Assembly: GCA_947492885.1 (NCBI GenBank)
Contig: CANLPK010000002.1
Coordinates: 9,111 to 73,110 of the forward strand
Direction: 5' to 3'
DNA length: 64,000 bases
DNA from: Bacteroidota bacterium
GTDB taxonomy: Bacteria; Bacteroidota; Bacteroidia; UKL13-3
The first letter of the stretch is position 1; each line of letters begins with the position of its first letter. This document shows positions 47,178 to 57,674 of this stretch, in pieces. Made by a program: the position numbers and the translations under genes. A model generated the notes under the pieces. It made no database searches, had not been told where the DNA came from, and saw only the letters and a list, made by a program, of their open reading frames with translations.

Positions 47178-48499
47178 GACGTATATTAATAATCATGCTG
47201 AGCTTATGTGTTTACACCTTTGCTTCTGCACAAACCGATGGTCCAATGAGTTTATCTTTGGATCAAGCAATTGAACTTGGCAATAAATATAATGCCAGCA
47301 TTAAGAACTCAGCCATCGATGTGAAACTCGCTGAGCAGAAGGTTCGTGAAATTATGAGTAGTGGGTTTCCTCAGCTTAACGGCGCAGGGAGCTTAAACGA
47401 TTATATCAAATCGCCCATCTCATTAATACCTGCCGAAATTTTTGGAGGCCCAAAAGGAACCTACGCAGAAGTTTCATTCGTGCCAAAGTATAATGTTACA
47501 GGAAGCGTATCAGCATCTCAGTTGCTATTTAATGGTAGCTACTTCTTGGGTGTGAAAGCATCTAAAGAATATGCCGAATTCATTAAGGTACAACAAGAGA
47601 AAACAAAATTTGATGTAGAACGCGATATCACCAAGGCATACCTCACGGTGCTTTCAACCCAAGCTACCCTCGGCATCTTGCAAGAAGCAAAGAATCGCAT
47701 CGATACATCACTATATAATATCAATGAAGTATACAAACAAGGATTGGCTGAAAAACTCGATGTCGATCGTTTGCGTTTTGCTCAAAGTCAATTGGCTCAG
47801 CAACTCGATCAATTAAAATCAACCATCGGAGTTTTGAAAGCATTACTAAATCTTCAAATGGGATACGATGTGACGAAACCTATTATTCTTACCAGTACAC
47901 TCCAAGATATGAACCAACGCTTTTCGGTTGAGTTATATTCCAAAACAACTTTCGATCCCAATGCGAAACTTGAAATACAAGTATTAAATAAAGGATTGGA
48001 ACTACAAAAGCTTAGTGTGAAAGCCAACAAAATGGGGTACTACCCAACATTAGCCGCTTTTGGAACTTACCAAATGAATGGTCAAAATAAAACTTTTGAT
48101 TTTCCTAAATACTATAAAACAGCCTTAGTAGGATTGCAGTTAAGCGTTCCAATTTTTGATGGATTTGCAAAAGATGCGCGCATTAAACAAGCCCAATTAA
48201 CGCTTCAACAAGTAGAGAATACCAAAGCCTCTGTTCAAAATGCATTGACGCTTGCCTATATCAGTGCCAATAACAATGTAAATACTGCAAAGAATCAATT
48301 AGAACTCAATAAGCAATCACTAGCGCTCGCCGAAAGTATTTATACTACTACCAAAACAAAATTTGATTTGGGAGTGGGTAACAGTTTCGAATTAACTACA
48401 GCCGATAGCGATTTTAAGAATGCGAAAATTCAATACGCCATCGCTCAATATAGTTTAGTGAATGCCATTTATGATTTAAAAGTTGCCTTAGGAAAATAA
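47174..48499 (+). CDS. TolC-family outer-membrane efflux channel
   Basis: 441 aa. Signal peptide. Two internal repeats of the TolC coiled-coil/beta-barrel architecture. Start overlaps the TetR stop by 4 nt. Confidence 0.8.
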   Translation: MRRILIIMLSLCVYTFASAQTDGPMSLSLDQAIELGNKYNASIKNSAIDVKLAEQKVREIMSSGFPQLNGAGSLNDYIKSPISLIPAEIFGGPKGTYAEVSFVPKYNVTGSVSASQLLFNGSYFLGVKASKEYAEFIKVQQEKTKFDVERDITKAYLTVLSTQATLGILQEAKNRIDTSLYNINEVYKQGLAEKLDVDRLRFAQSQLAQQLDQLKSTIGVLKALLNLQMGYDVTKPIILTSTLQDMNQRFSVELYSKTTFDPNAKLEIQVLNKGLELQKLSVKANKMGYYPTLAAFGTYQMNGQNKTFDFPKYYKTALVGLQLSVPIFDGFAKDARIKQAQLTLQQVENTKASVQNALTLAYISANNNVNTAKNQLELNKQSLALAESIYTTTKTKFDLGVGNSFELTTADSDFKNAKIQYAIAQYSLVNAIYDLKVALGK

Positions 48500-48540
48500 C
48501 ATAACAAAACACCATTATCAGTTTCAAAACAATTCATATC

Positions 48541-49692
48541 ATGTATAAAAAATTAGTATCCGTAGCCCTTCTCGCCCTTGTATTCGCAGCTTGCCATCGC
48601 GATAACACCGACCTTGGACAAAAGAAAGCCGAGTTGGAAAATTTAATCAAACAACAAACAGAACTCAATAGTAAAGTATCTGCATTGCAAAAGCAAATTG
48701 ATGACCTCGACACGGTCGCCATGAGTCAGAAGAAAATTAAGACGGTGGATATAACTGTTGCCACTCCCATTGAATTCATGCATTATATCGATGCTACCGG
48801 ATTGGTTGAAAGCGATCAAAACGTATTGGTAACTGCTCGTACTCCTGGATTTGTAATCAATAGTATCTTGGTAAAACCAGGTGATATGGTGAATGCTGGT
48901 CAGCTTTTATGTACCGTTGAAAATGGTGCCTTGGTGCAGTCGTTAGATGCACTTAAATCTCAACTAAACCTTGTTACCACTGCATACGAACGTCAGAAGA
49001 ACTTATGGGATAAAAAAATTGGAAGCGAAATCCAATACCTTCAAGCAAAAACTGCTAAAGAATCTTTAGAAAAACAAAAAGCAAATGTAGAAGCAAGTAT
49101 CGCCAATACTAACGTATATGCACCGTTCGCAGGTGTAGTTGATGCCGTAAATTTTAAAGTAGGTGATAATACTGCCGCCTTCTCTCCTCCGCAGAATTTT
49201 GGTGGAATCCGTATCCTCAACAGCAGCAAACTAAAACTTACAGCCAAATTAGCCGATACATATATCAATAAAGTACATACTGGCGACCATGTTAAATGTT
49301 TGATCCCCGACATAAACAAAGAAATAGATGCTACCATCTCCTATGTATCTAAAACAATCAATGATAAAAGAACTTTTGATGTTGTAATTTGGTTGACCAA
49401 TGCCACCGAATTAAAACCAAACATGAATGCGAGCATCAAAATTAATGATGCTACTTTCAAGAAGGTATTTGTTGTTAGCGAAAATATAGTACATAGCTCA
49501 GAAGGTCAAAAATCAATCATGATCCTAGCGCATGATGGCGACAAAACAATTGTGAAGAAACAAATAGTAACCACGGGCGAAAGCTATAACGGGATGGTTA
49601 TCATTAACGGAGTGAAAGAAGGTGATGAAATTATCACCACCGGTTATGCAGGAATCAACGAAGGCGAAGTTGTTAAACATTTCCCCCTCTAA
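48541..49692 (+). CDS. RND efflux periplasmic adaptor (membrane-fusion protein, HlyD/AcrA family)
   Basis: 383 aa. Lipoprotein signal ...VFAAC. Coiled-coil hairpin (ELENLIKQQTELNSKVSALQKQIDDL) followed by lipoyl/beta-barrel regions. Confidence 0.8.
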   Translation: MYKKLVSVALLALVFAACHRDNTDLGQKKAELENLIKQQTELNSKVSALQKQIDDLDTVAMSQKKIKTVDITVATPIEFMHYIDATGLVESDQNVLVTARTPGFVINSILVKPGDMVNAGQLLCTVENGALVQSLDALKSQLNLVTTAYERQKNLWDKKIGSEIQYLQAKTAKESLEKQKANVEASIANTNVYAPFAGVVDAVNFKVGDNTAAFSPPQNFGGIRILNSSKLKLTAKLADTYINKVHTGDHVKCLIPDINKEIDATISYVSKTINDKRTFDVVIWLTNATELKPNMNASIKINDATFKKVFVVSENIVHSSEGQKSIMILAHDGDKTIVKKQIVTTGESYNGMVIINGVKEGDEIITTGYAGINEGEVVKHFPL

Positions 49693-49739
49693 TCCCTGAA
49701 ACTATTTATTGTACCTATTTATAAAAAAATAACCTGAGC

Positions 49740-52700
49740 ATGAAAAAGGAATTTAAACCCACCACGTGGGCTATAAAAAATAAAACGGCAGTTTATATCA
49801 TTACGATACTCCTTTCCATTACTGGAATCGTAATCTATAACGACTTGCCTAAGGAGCGTTTCCCCGATGTGGTGCTTCCCACCATCTTCGTACAAACAAT
49901 CTATCCAGGTGTTTCACCCACAGATATTGAAACATCGGTAACACAACCTCTCGAGAAACAACTCAAGTCGATTAGTGGGGTGAAGAAAGTAACAAGTACT
50001 TCTATGGAGAGTGTATCCATCGTTACTGTTGAGTTTGTGGCCAAAGTGAAAATTGAGGATGCCAAGCAAAAAGTGCGCGACGCTTTGGATAAAGCTCAGA
50101 ACGATATCCCCGCCGATGCTCAAAAAAATCAGTCAATTGGTGAATTCGATATCAGTGAATTGCCAATAATGAACATCAACTTGAGTGGCGATTTCGATGC
50201 ATTGAAATTAAAAGCTTTCGCCAAATTATTAAAGGATAAGGTAGAAGGAAATACTGAAGTAAAACGTTGCGATATCATTGGTGCACTCGATCGCGAAATT
50301 CGTGTGAGCATAGATTTGAATAAAATGATTGCTTACCAAATTTCATTCGATGATGTTGAAAATCAATTCCGTTACAATAACGTAAACATCAGTGGAGGAA
50401 ATATCTTGGAAGGTAATGTCCGCCGTACTTTACGTGTATCAGGTGAGTTTAAAAATATCGATGAAATAAGGAAAATGATTGTTCGCACGCCTTCAGGAAC
50501 ACCATTGCACCTTTACGAGTTCGCCGATGTTACCGATGATACCAAAGACCGTGAATCCTACGCTCGATTGGAAGATAAGCCAGTAGTAACCGTCAATGTG
50601 ATCAAACGTGGTGGTGAAAACTTAATTAACGCTGCCGAAAAAATTAAAGCAACGATTGCTGCATTTCAAAAAGACGGCAAATTCCCAGAAGGATTGAAAG
50701 TTACAATCACTGGCGACTTAAGTAAGCAAACACAAACGCAATTGAACGATTTGATCAATACAGTAATCCTCGGATTCTTATTTGTAACGATTGTTTTGAT
50801 GTTCTTTATGGGTGTTGAAAATGCCTTCTACGTGGGGCTTTCGGTGCCTTTGAGTTCGGTGCTTGCCTTCTTATTCATGCCTTCTCTTGGTTTCTCTTTA
50901 AACCTCATCGTACTCTTCTCCTTCCTCTTGGCTTTGGGTATCGTAGTAGATGATGCGATTGTGGTAATCGAAAATACCCACCGTATCTTCAATAAAAATA
51001 AAAATATTAAGTTGTTCGATGCTGCCAAAGAAGCAGCAGGAGAGGTGTTCATCCCGGTGCTTACAGGTACACTAACCAATATCGCTCCATTCTTCCCATT
51101 ACTCTTCTGGCCAGGCATCGTAGGTAAGTTTTTCTACTTCCTTCCAGTAACGCTCATCATCACTTTGTTTGCATCATTGGTCGTTGCATTTATCATTAAC
51201 CCCGTTTTCGCAGTCTCGTTCATGCAACGCGACCATGAGTATAAGCAAGAAAGTTTTCGTCGCTATCGCAAGCCAGTAATATTCTTACTTGTAGGTGGTG
51301 CTTTTGCGCATTTGGTTGGATTTGGAGTGGCTTCATCTACATGGCATGGCTTCGGAAATTTCCTCTTTGTATGTGTGCTTATTCTAGCCATTGTACATTA
51401 TGTGTTTAATCCAATGATTCACGCATTCCAAGATAATTTGCTAATTAAATTACGTGATGGATATCGTCGCATCGTTACGTTTGCAATTAAACGTGCACAC
51501 TCTCGTTGGGTATTCATAAGCGCAATTTTATTCTTCTTCCTTAGTTTTGTAATCTTCGTTGCATCGAAACCGAAAGTGGAATTTTTCCCATCAGGCGATC
51601 CTAATTTCGTATATGTTTATTGCGAATTACCTATTGGTACTGAATTACACTATACCGATAGTATCACCAAAATATTGGAAAAGAAAGTGAATGAAGCGAT
51701 TGTTGATGATAAGGATATCGTAGAGTCGGTTATTGCCAATGTGGCCATCGGCGCAGGTGACCCACGTAACCCCGACCGTGCAGCACAATCGCATAAAAGC
51801 AAGGTTACCGTGGCATTCAAGGAATTTGAACATCGCAATGGTAAATCAACTTCAAAAATCTTAAAGGCAATTCGAGAGAATATCAAAAACATCGCGGGGA
51901 CTTCCATCTCTGTTGAACAAGAACAAAATGGTCCTCCTACGGGTCGAGATATTCAAATTGAAATCACAGGCGATAATTTTGATTCACTCATCGCAATTTC
52001 AGCACGTGTAAAAGGGTTAATCGCTTCTTCTGGAATTCAAGGTATTGATCAGCTTAAAACTGATTTGATTCTTGATAAGCCGGAACTGAAAGTAATTATC
52101 GATAATGATAAGGCATTACGAGAAGGCCTATCAATCGGACAAATTGGAAGTGCCATGTTTGCCTCCCTAAATGGCAATCGTAATCCTTCCAAATTCCGCG
52201 ATGGTGAAGATGAGATTCCAATCATCGTGCGCCTACAAGAACAATATCGTGAGAAGCCAGAAGACTTACTTCGCTTAAATATCACCTTCCGTGATATGAG
52301 CACGGGTCAATTGAAAACAGTGCCTTTGGCTTCTATAGCAAGAGTTGAAAATGCAAAGAATTATAATGGTATCAATCGTAAACAACAACGACGTGTGGTT
52401 ACATTATATAGTGGTCTGGTAAAAGGGTATAATAGCAATATTGTTAATGCCGACTTAAAACGAATCATCGCAGATGTACGCTTATCCGATGGATACGAAA
52501 TTAAACAAGGTGGTTCTCAGGAAGATCAAGCAGAAACAGGAGCATTCCTACTCAAAGCTTTTGGTGCTGCTATTGCTATCATGTTCTTGGTTATTGTAAT
52601 TCAATTTAACTCAAGCACCAAACCATTAATCATTTTCTCAACCATCGTATTTAGCTTGTCAGGGGTGTTCTTAGGTTATGCCATTTCGGGTCGCCCATTT

Positions 52701-53153
52701 GTTATTGCCATGTCGGGTGTAGGTATACTAGCACTCGCCGGTATCGTAGTGAAGAATGGTATCATCCTCATCGAGTTTATTGATGAGCTCAAGGCACGAG
52801 GAATGCGTACACGTCAAGCAATTATCGAAGGGGGTGTAACTCGTATGACTCCGGTATTATTAACGGCTTCAGCTGCGATTCTCGGACTCATTCCTTTAGC
52901 CATTGGTGTGAATATGGACTTCGGTAGTTTGTTTACTACGTTCAACCCTCATTTCTATTTAGGTGGAGAGAGTGTAGTATTCTGGGGCCCATTGGCTTGG
53001 ACCATCATTTACGGATTGGTTGTAGCTACATTCCTTACTTTGATTGTAGCACCTAGTATGTATTTGATACGCTATCGTTTGAAATTAAAACAATTGCGTC
53101 GTCGTCAAACCAAACGCATCTTGAAAGAACAAAATGAAATGAACGAGAACTAA
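49740..53153 (+). CDS. RND-family efflux permease (AcrB/CzcA-type, 12 TM)
   Basis: 1137 aa. Two large periplasmic loops after TM1 and TM7. Conserved TM4 region GIVVDDAIVVIEN. Confidence 0.85.
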   Translation: MKKEFKPTTWAIKNKTAVYIITILLSITGIVIYNDLPKERFPDVVLPTIFVQTIYPGVSPTDIETSVTQPLEKQLKSISGVKKVTSTSMESVSIVTVEFVAKVKIEDAKQKVRDALDKAQNDIPADAQKNQSIGEFDISELPIMNINLSGDFDALKLKAFAKLLKDKVEGNTEVKRCDIIGALDREIRVSIDLNKMIAYQISFDDVENQFRYNNVNISGGNILEGNVRRTLRVSGEFKNIDEIRKMIVRTPSGTPLHLYEFADVTDDTKDRESYARLEDKPVVTVNVIKRGGENLINAAEKIKATIAAFQKDGKFPEGLKVTITGDLSKQTQTQLNDLINTVILGFLFVTIVLMFFMGVENAFYVGLSVPLSSVLAFLFMPSLGFSLNLIVLFSFLLALGIVVDDAIVVIENTHRIFNKNKNIKLFDAAKEAAGEVFIPVLTGTLTNIAPFFPLLFWPGIVGKFFYFLPVTLIITLFASLVVAFIINPVFAVSFMQRDHEYKQESFRRYRKPVIFLLVGGAFAHLVGFGVASSTWHGFGNFLFVCVLILAIVHYVFNPMIHAFQDNLLIKLRDGYRRIVTFAIKRAHSRWVFISAILFFFLSFVIFVASKPKVEFFPSGDPNFVYVYCELPIGTELHYTDSITKILEKKVNEAIVDDKDIVESVIANVAIGAGDPRNPDRAAQSHKSKVTVAFKEFEHRNGKSTSKILKAIRENIKNIAGTSISVEQEQNGPPTGRDIQIEITGDNFDSLIAISARVKGLIASSGIQGIDQLKTDLILDKPELKVIIDNDKALREGLSIGQIGSAMFASLNGNRNPSKFRDGEDEIPIIVRLQEQYREKPEDLLRLNITFRDMSTGQLKTVPLASIARVENAKNYNGINRKQQRRVVTLYSGLVKGYNSNIVNADLKRIIADVRLSDGYEIKQGGSQEDQAETGAFLLKAFGAAIAIMFLVIVIQFNSSTKPLIIFSTIVFSLSGVFLGYAISGRPFVIAMSGVGILALAGIVVKNGIILIEFIDELKARGMRTRQAIIEGGVTRMTPVLLTASAAILGLIPLAIGVNMDFGSLFTTFNPHFYLGGESVVFWGPLAWTIIYGLVVATFLTLIVAPSMYLIRYRLKLKQLRRRQTKRILKEQNEMNEN

Positions 53154-53195
53154 GATTCGTATAATAAGCTAGAAGAATTCATTATAAATTGGTTT

Positions 53196-53237
53196 ATAAG
53201 CCCTGTGGAACTTAGTTTCTACAGGGCTTATTGTTTA
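53196..53237 (+). terminator. Rho-independent terminator after the RND operon
   Basis: ATAAGCCCTGT-ggaacttagtttct-ACAGGGCTTAT. An 11-bp stem followed by TGTTTAT. Confidence 0.55.
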
Positions 53238-53318
53238 TAGAGAAAATTCAGAACATGATTGAACAAGCAAATTCTTGCTTATGCTAAACCTAATTTGAAA
53301 TAAAATGATTGATTGAAA

Positions 53319-55145
53319 TTAAAACATCTTCTCCAAGTCATCCATACTAATCATCCTTACGATGACGCTCCCATCAGAAGTTTGATAAGGCATGGTGCAT
53401 CCAAAAAGCTCATCTACTAAATTACGCATCTCATCATTGCTTAGCGCCTTGCCATAGTTGATACTTAATCGTTTCGACAAACTGCGTGCTACGCTCTCTC
53501 GCTTAGTGATTCTAACATCCGTTTTATACGTCTTGTATTGTTCCAACATGCCTTCAAGCACTTGCTGAGGGCCTTTTTCATTGGCTTCTGCAGGAAGGCC
53601 GTTAACCACAATTTGATTATTGCCAAAATCATCAAGCACAAACCCGAGTGATTGAAATTCTTCTTTCAATTCCTGAAAGAGCACCAGGTCGGTAGCACTA
53701 AATTGCAATACCACTGGAAACAATAGCTGCTGACTCACCCCAGTATTCTTCTCCATTTGTTCCAAGTAACGCTCATACAATATTCGCTCATGTGCTGCTT
53801 GCTGATCAATGAGCATCATGCCACTCTTTATTGAAGAAACAATATATCGACGATGAATCTGCATGAATTGCTTTTGAACGGGAGCATCCTCATCAATATT
53901 TCCCAAAGAAGGCTGGATGGTTCGCTCTGGCGTTGTTTGATTTGTATTCTGATCGGGCTGGTAAAGTTGTTGCCAGTTCAATTTGTTTCCTTGCTCTCGA
54001 TAACTCTCTTGGGTTGGATGATAATTGCCCTTATCGAAAGGGTTGTAATTCGTATCAACCTTGATTTGTGGGGGTGACGGAATTTCATCTCGATTGAAAA
54101 AATCGGGGGTAAAATTCTGAATGGTGGCCGGTGTTTCAAAATCAAATTGTGGCGTAATCGTATGTTGCCCCAAGGTTCTTTTTACCACTGCTTTTAAAAT
54201 AGTATATAGGTTTTTTTCATCCCTGAATTTGATTTCAGTCTTGGTTGGATGAACATTGATATCAATGGTCGATGGATCTAAATCAATAAATAAAACATAA
54301 AATGGGAAATTATCCGTAGGCATCAAATCCTGATAAGCACCAACCACCGCATGATTGAGATAGGAATTTTTAATGAATCGATTATTTACAAAAAAGAATT
54401 GCTCCCCTCGGGTGCGCTTCGCAAAATCGGGCTTGCCCGCAAAGCCATAAATATTGGCAATCTGTGTTGATTCATTTACACTCAATATTTGCTCCTTGTA
54501 TTTCTCTCCAAAGAGGCCAATGATACGTTGCTTTAAAGTACCAGACAATACATGAAATACTTCATTATCGTTATTGGTCATCGAGAAACCAATTTGCGGA
54601 TTCGCTAATGCCACACGCAAAAATTCTTCCATGACATGGTTCGATTCCACGGCATCACTCTTCAAAAAAGTACGACGGGCAGGCACGTTAAAGAATAAAT
54701 TCTTCACCGCAATGGTGGTCCCAACATTAGAAGCAATGACTTCCTGACGCTTCACCTGGCTTCCTTCTATAATTAAATGGGTCCCTAGTTCATCTTCAGC
54801 TCTTCGCGTTTTCATTTCCACCTGAGCCACCGCAGCAATACTTGCCAATGCCTCACCTCTAAATCCAAAGGTGTTCAATGCAAACAAATCTTCAATTACG
54901 TTGAGCTTACTTGTAGCGTGTCGCTCCCAGCACAATCTAGCATCCACCTCACTCATCCCAATCCCATTATCGGAAATTTGAATGAGCATCTTTCCGCCCT
55001 CCTTAATATTCAAAATAATCTTGGTAGCCTTCGCATCCACACTGTTCTCCAGCAGCTCCTTCACCACACTCGCAGGGCGTTGCACCACCTCTCCAGCAGC
55101 AATCTGATTGGCAGTATGATCAGGTAGCAAATGTATCACGCTCAT
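53319..55145 (-). CDS. mutL: DNA mismatch repair protein MutL
   Basis: Start placed at MSVIHLLPDHTANQIAAGEVVQRPASVVKELLENSVDA (GHKL ATPase N-terminus). The supplied ORF begins 14 codons upstream. About 608 aa. Confidence 0.9.
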   Translation of the reverse strand: MSVIHLLPDHTANQIAAGEVVQRPASVVKELLENSVDAKATKIILNIKEGGKMLIQISDNGIGMSEVDARLCWERHATSKLNVIEDLFALNTFGFRGEALASIAAVAQVEMKTRRAEDELGTHLIIEGSQVKRQEVIASNVGTTIAVKNLFFNVPARRTFLKSDAVESNHVMEEFLRVALANPQIGFSMTNNDNEVFHVLSGTLKQRIIGLFGEKYKEQILSVNESTQIANIYGFAGKPDFAKRTRGEQFFFVNNRFIKNSYLNHAVVGAYQDLMPTDNFPFYVLFIDLDPSTIDINVHPTKTEIKFRDEKNLYTILKAVVKRTLGQHTITPQFDFETPATIQNFTPDFFNRDEIPSPPQIKVDTNYNPFDKGNYHPTQESYREQGNKLNWQQLYQPDQNTNQTTPERTIQPSLGNIDEDAPVQKQFMQIHRRYIVSSIKSGMMLIDQQAAHERILYERYLEQMEKNTGVSQQLLFPVVLQFSATDLVLFQELKEEFQSLGFVLDDFGNNQIVVNGLPAEANEKGPQQVLEGMLEQYKTYKTDVRITKRESVARSLSKRLSINYGKALSNDEMRNLVDELFGCTMPYQTSDGSVIVRMISMDDLEKMF

Positions 55146-55311
55146 ATCCGCGAAAATAACGCTTATTCGCCACAATCGTACACCCATCCCACAATTTGAA
55201 ACGGAATTGAAAGCGGTATTCCTTGAAATGGAATGCCGATAAATGTTGTAATCACTTTTCTTTTTTTTGCCACAATTAAAACGAATAAAAAATTAGTTTT
55301 GCCATACCCTT

Positions 55312-56712
55312 ATGCTATTCAATTCAATCGCTTTCGTGATTTTTTTTCCGGTGGTCATCGCAGGGTACTTTTTACTGCCATCAAAATACAGAAATGCATT
55401 TCTGCTCCTAAGCAGTTGCTATTTCTATATGTATTTCAATCCAGTATATATTCTCATTCTAGCCTATACCATCGCGGTCGATTTTTATGCGGGAATTCAA
55501 ATTGAAAAAAATATTGGTCATCGTTCGAAGCAAAAGAAATGGCTGTATGCCTCCTTGGTAGCCAATTTGGGAGCTCTTGCTTTTTTTAAATATGCGGCAT
55601 TTATTCTAGCCAATTTCTCATTACTCTTTCATTGGAGCATGCCTCCTTCAAATTCGATATTTGCTAATATTGTCTTGCCCATCGGTTTGTCATTTCACAC
55701 GTTCCAAGCCATTAGCTATACTGTAGAGGTTTATCGAGGCAAGCAAAAAGCCGAACGCAACTGGCTGGTGTATTCCTTATATGTGATGTTCTTTCCTCAG
55801 CTGGTAGCTGGCCCCATCGAGCGACCACAAAAATTATTGCATCAATTTAAAGAACATCATGTATTTACCTCCGATAATTTCTCATTGGGAATGAAATGGA
55901 TCTTATGGGGATTATTTAAAAAGATGGTGGTCGCCGATAATCTTTCTACGATTGTTGATGCGGTATATCAACACCCTCAAAACTATCAGGGATATGCATT
56001 GATGATCGCAACAGTTTTATTTGCATTTCAAATCTATGGCGACTTCAGTGGTTATAGCGATATAGCTCGAGGCACCGCCAGGGTGTTAGGTTTCGACCTG
56101 ATGATTAATTTCAATATGCCCTATTTTTCGAAGAGCTTTTCAGAATTTTGGCGCCGCTGGCATATCTCCCTTTCAAGCTGGTTTAAAGAGTACGTTTATA
56201 TTCCACTGGGGGGTAATCAGAAATGGTTTTTTAGAAATGTGTTTATCACCTTCGCCTTAAGCGGATTATGGCATGGGGCCAATCATACTTTTTTGGTATG
56301 GGGGATTTTGAATGGGCTTCTGGTTTTTGCAAACAGGTATATGAATCCTTGGTTTGGAAAACTCCCTGCCGTTTTAGCCATCCTCATCACCTTCATCGGC
56401 ATTGATTTTTGTTGGATTTTTTTCCGTGCGGCTACGATGCATGATGCATTGTATATTATTGGAAACTTATTTAGCAACCTACAACTTAATTCGCTTCTGC
56501 AAATCCCCATAGAACGCCACCTATGGTTGATTTCAGGTGCCATGCTATTGCTGATGCTCGGAATAGAATGGGCTGTGAAAAATTCAAATCTTCCCGTTCA
56601 ATGGCATGCATCCAAACCAATACATAGGATTGTTTTTCTTAATTTCTTGCTCTTTATCATTTTGTTTTTTGGCGTCTTTGAGCATCGAACGTTTATCTAT
56701 TTCCAGTTCTAA
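55312..56712 (+). CDS. MBOAT-family membrane-bound O-acyltransferase (AlgI/DltB-like)
   Basis: 466 aa. About 10 TM helices. Conserved His-containing segment ...WRRWHISLSSWFKEYVYIPLGGN.... Confidence 0.8.
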   Translation: MLFNSIAFVIFFPVVIAGYFLLPSKYRNAFLLLSSCYFYMYFNPVYILILAYTIAVDFYAGIQIEKNIGHRSKQKKWLYASLVANLGALAFFKYAAFILANFSLLFHWSMPPSNSIFANIVLPIGLSFHTFQAISYTVEVYRGKQKAERNWLVYSLYVMFFPQLVAGPIERPQKLLHQFKEHHVFTSDNFSLGMKWILWGLFKKMVVADNLSTIVDAVYQHPQNYQGYALMIATVLFAFQIYGDFSGYSDIARGTARVLGFDLMINFNMPYFSKSFSEFWRRWHISLSSWFKEYVYIPLGGNQKWFFRNVFITFALSGLWHGANHTFLVWGILNGLLVFANRYMNPWFGKLPAVLAILITFIGIDFCWIFFRAATMHDALYIIGNLFSNLQLNSLLQIPIERHLWLISGAMLLLMLGIEWAVKNSNLPVQWHASKPIHRIVFLNFLLFIILFFGVFEHRTFIYFQF

Positions 56713-56717
56713 ATTCT

Positions 56718-57662
56718 ATGGCAGCACTTCGAAAAATAATCATCCGACTCTTGCTCGTAACATCACCTTGCTGGGTGTTTTGTTCTTATTTAGAATTTAA
56801 GCTGAACGCATTGGAAAATTCTTATTCATATAAAATGAATCAGTTTATTGTCAATGAGAAAGCTACAGAGTTATTGGTTTTGGGAAACTCAGAAATGCTA
56901 AAAGGATTGAATCCTTCGTATCTCTCTTCACGTGGTTTTAATATGGCGCATGTGAGCCAAACCTATTCCATCGATGAAAAAATATTGGCAATGTATCTCG
57001 ACTCCATGCCCAATTTACATACAGTAATTCTTGGTTTATCTTATTTGTCTTTCGGAGAAAATCTCGAAACAGGGGAGGAGGCATGGAGAACAGCCTTCTA
57101 TGAAAAGCACTATAAATTAAATTTGAATCAAGGCTTTGAACTGAAAAATTATGCTGCCATCTTTCGTTATACGCCCTACGAGTCGCTCAAAATATTCCTC
57201 TCAGGCTTTAAAACAAATCTCACCAAAGGATTTCAACCCAATGGATATTTATTGGTTCCCGCCAATGAGCAGGGAAGCCTATCCGATGAAAACGCTATGG
57301 CTAGAGCTACTGCGCATACAGCCGGATTAAAAGAATCCAATAAGCAGAAGAGTACCGAGGCATTGGGTCAAATAATTCAAATGCTTGCGCAAAAAAACAT
57401 TTCGCTTTGGCTCGTTACTCCACCGTTAATGAAAAACTATAAGAGCAATCTCAATGAAAAATGGTTGAGTGAAAATCAAAATTTACTGGATTCAATGATT
57501 AAAAAGAATACCTCGAAAATATTTGTGGTTTCCCCCGAAACAATGAACTACCCAGTCTTTGCAGAAAGTGATTTCAGCGATGTAAATCATCTAAACGAAC
57601 ATGGAGCGCAAAAATTCACGCACTATATCGATTCGCTAATAAAAATTCAAGTAACACAATAA
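56718..57662 (+). CDS. Putative SGNH/GDSL-like partner of the MBOAT acyltransferase (AlgJ/AlgX/DltD-like)
   Basis: 314 aa. N-terminal membrane anchor. GNSE near the N-terminus (block-I-like Ser) and DVNHLNEHG near the C-terminus (Dxx H catalytic dyad-like). Separated from the MBOAT gene by 6 nt. Confidence 0.5.
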   Translation: MAALRKIIIRLLLVTSPCWVFCSYLEFKLNALENSYSYKMNQFIVNEKATELLVLGNSEMLKGLNPSYLSSRGFNMAHVSQTYSIDEKILAMYLDSMPNLHTVILGLSYLSFGENLETGEEAWRTAFYEKHYKLNLNQGFELKNYAAIFRYTPYESLKIFLSGFKTNLTKGFQPNGYLLVPANEQGSLSDENAMARATAHTAGLKESNKQKSTEALGQIIQMLAQKNISLWLVTPPLMKNYKSNLNEKWLSENQNLLDSMIKKNTSKIFVVSPETMNYPVFAESDFSDVNHLNEHGAQKFTHYIDSLIKIQVTQ

Positions 57663-57674
57663 ATAATTTGAGTG

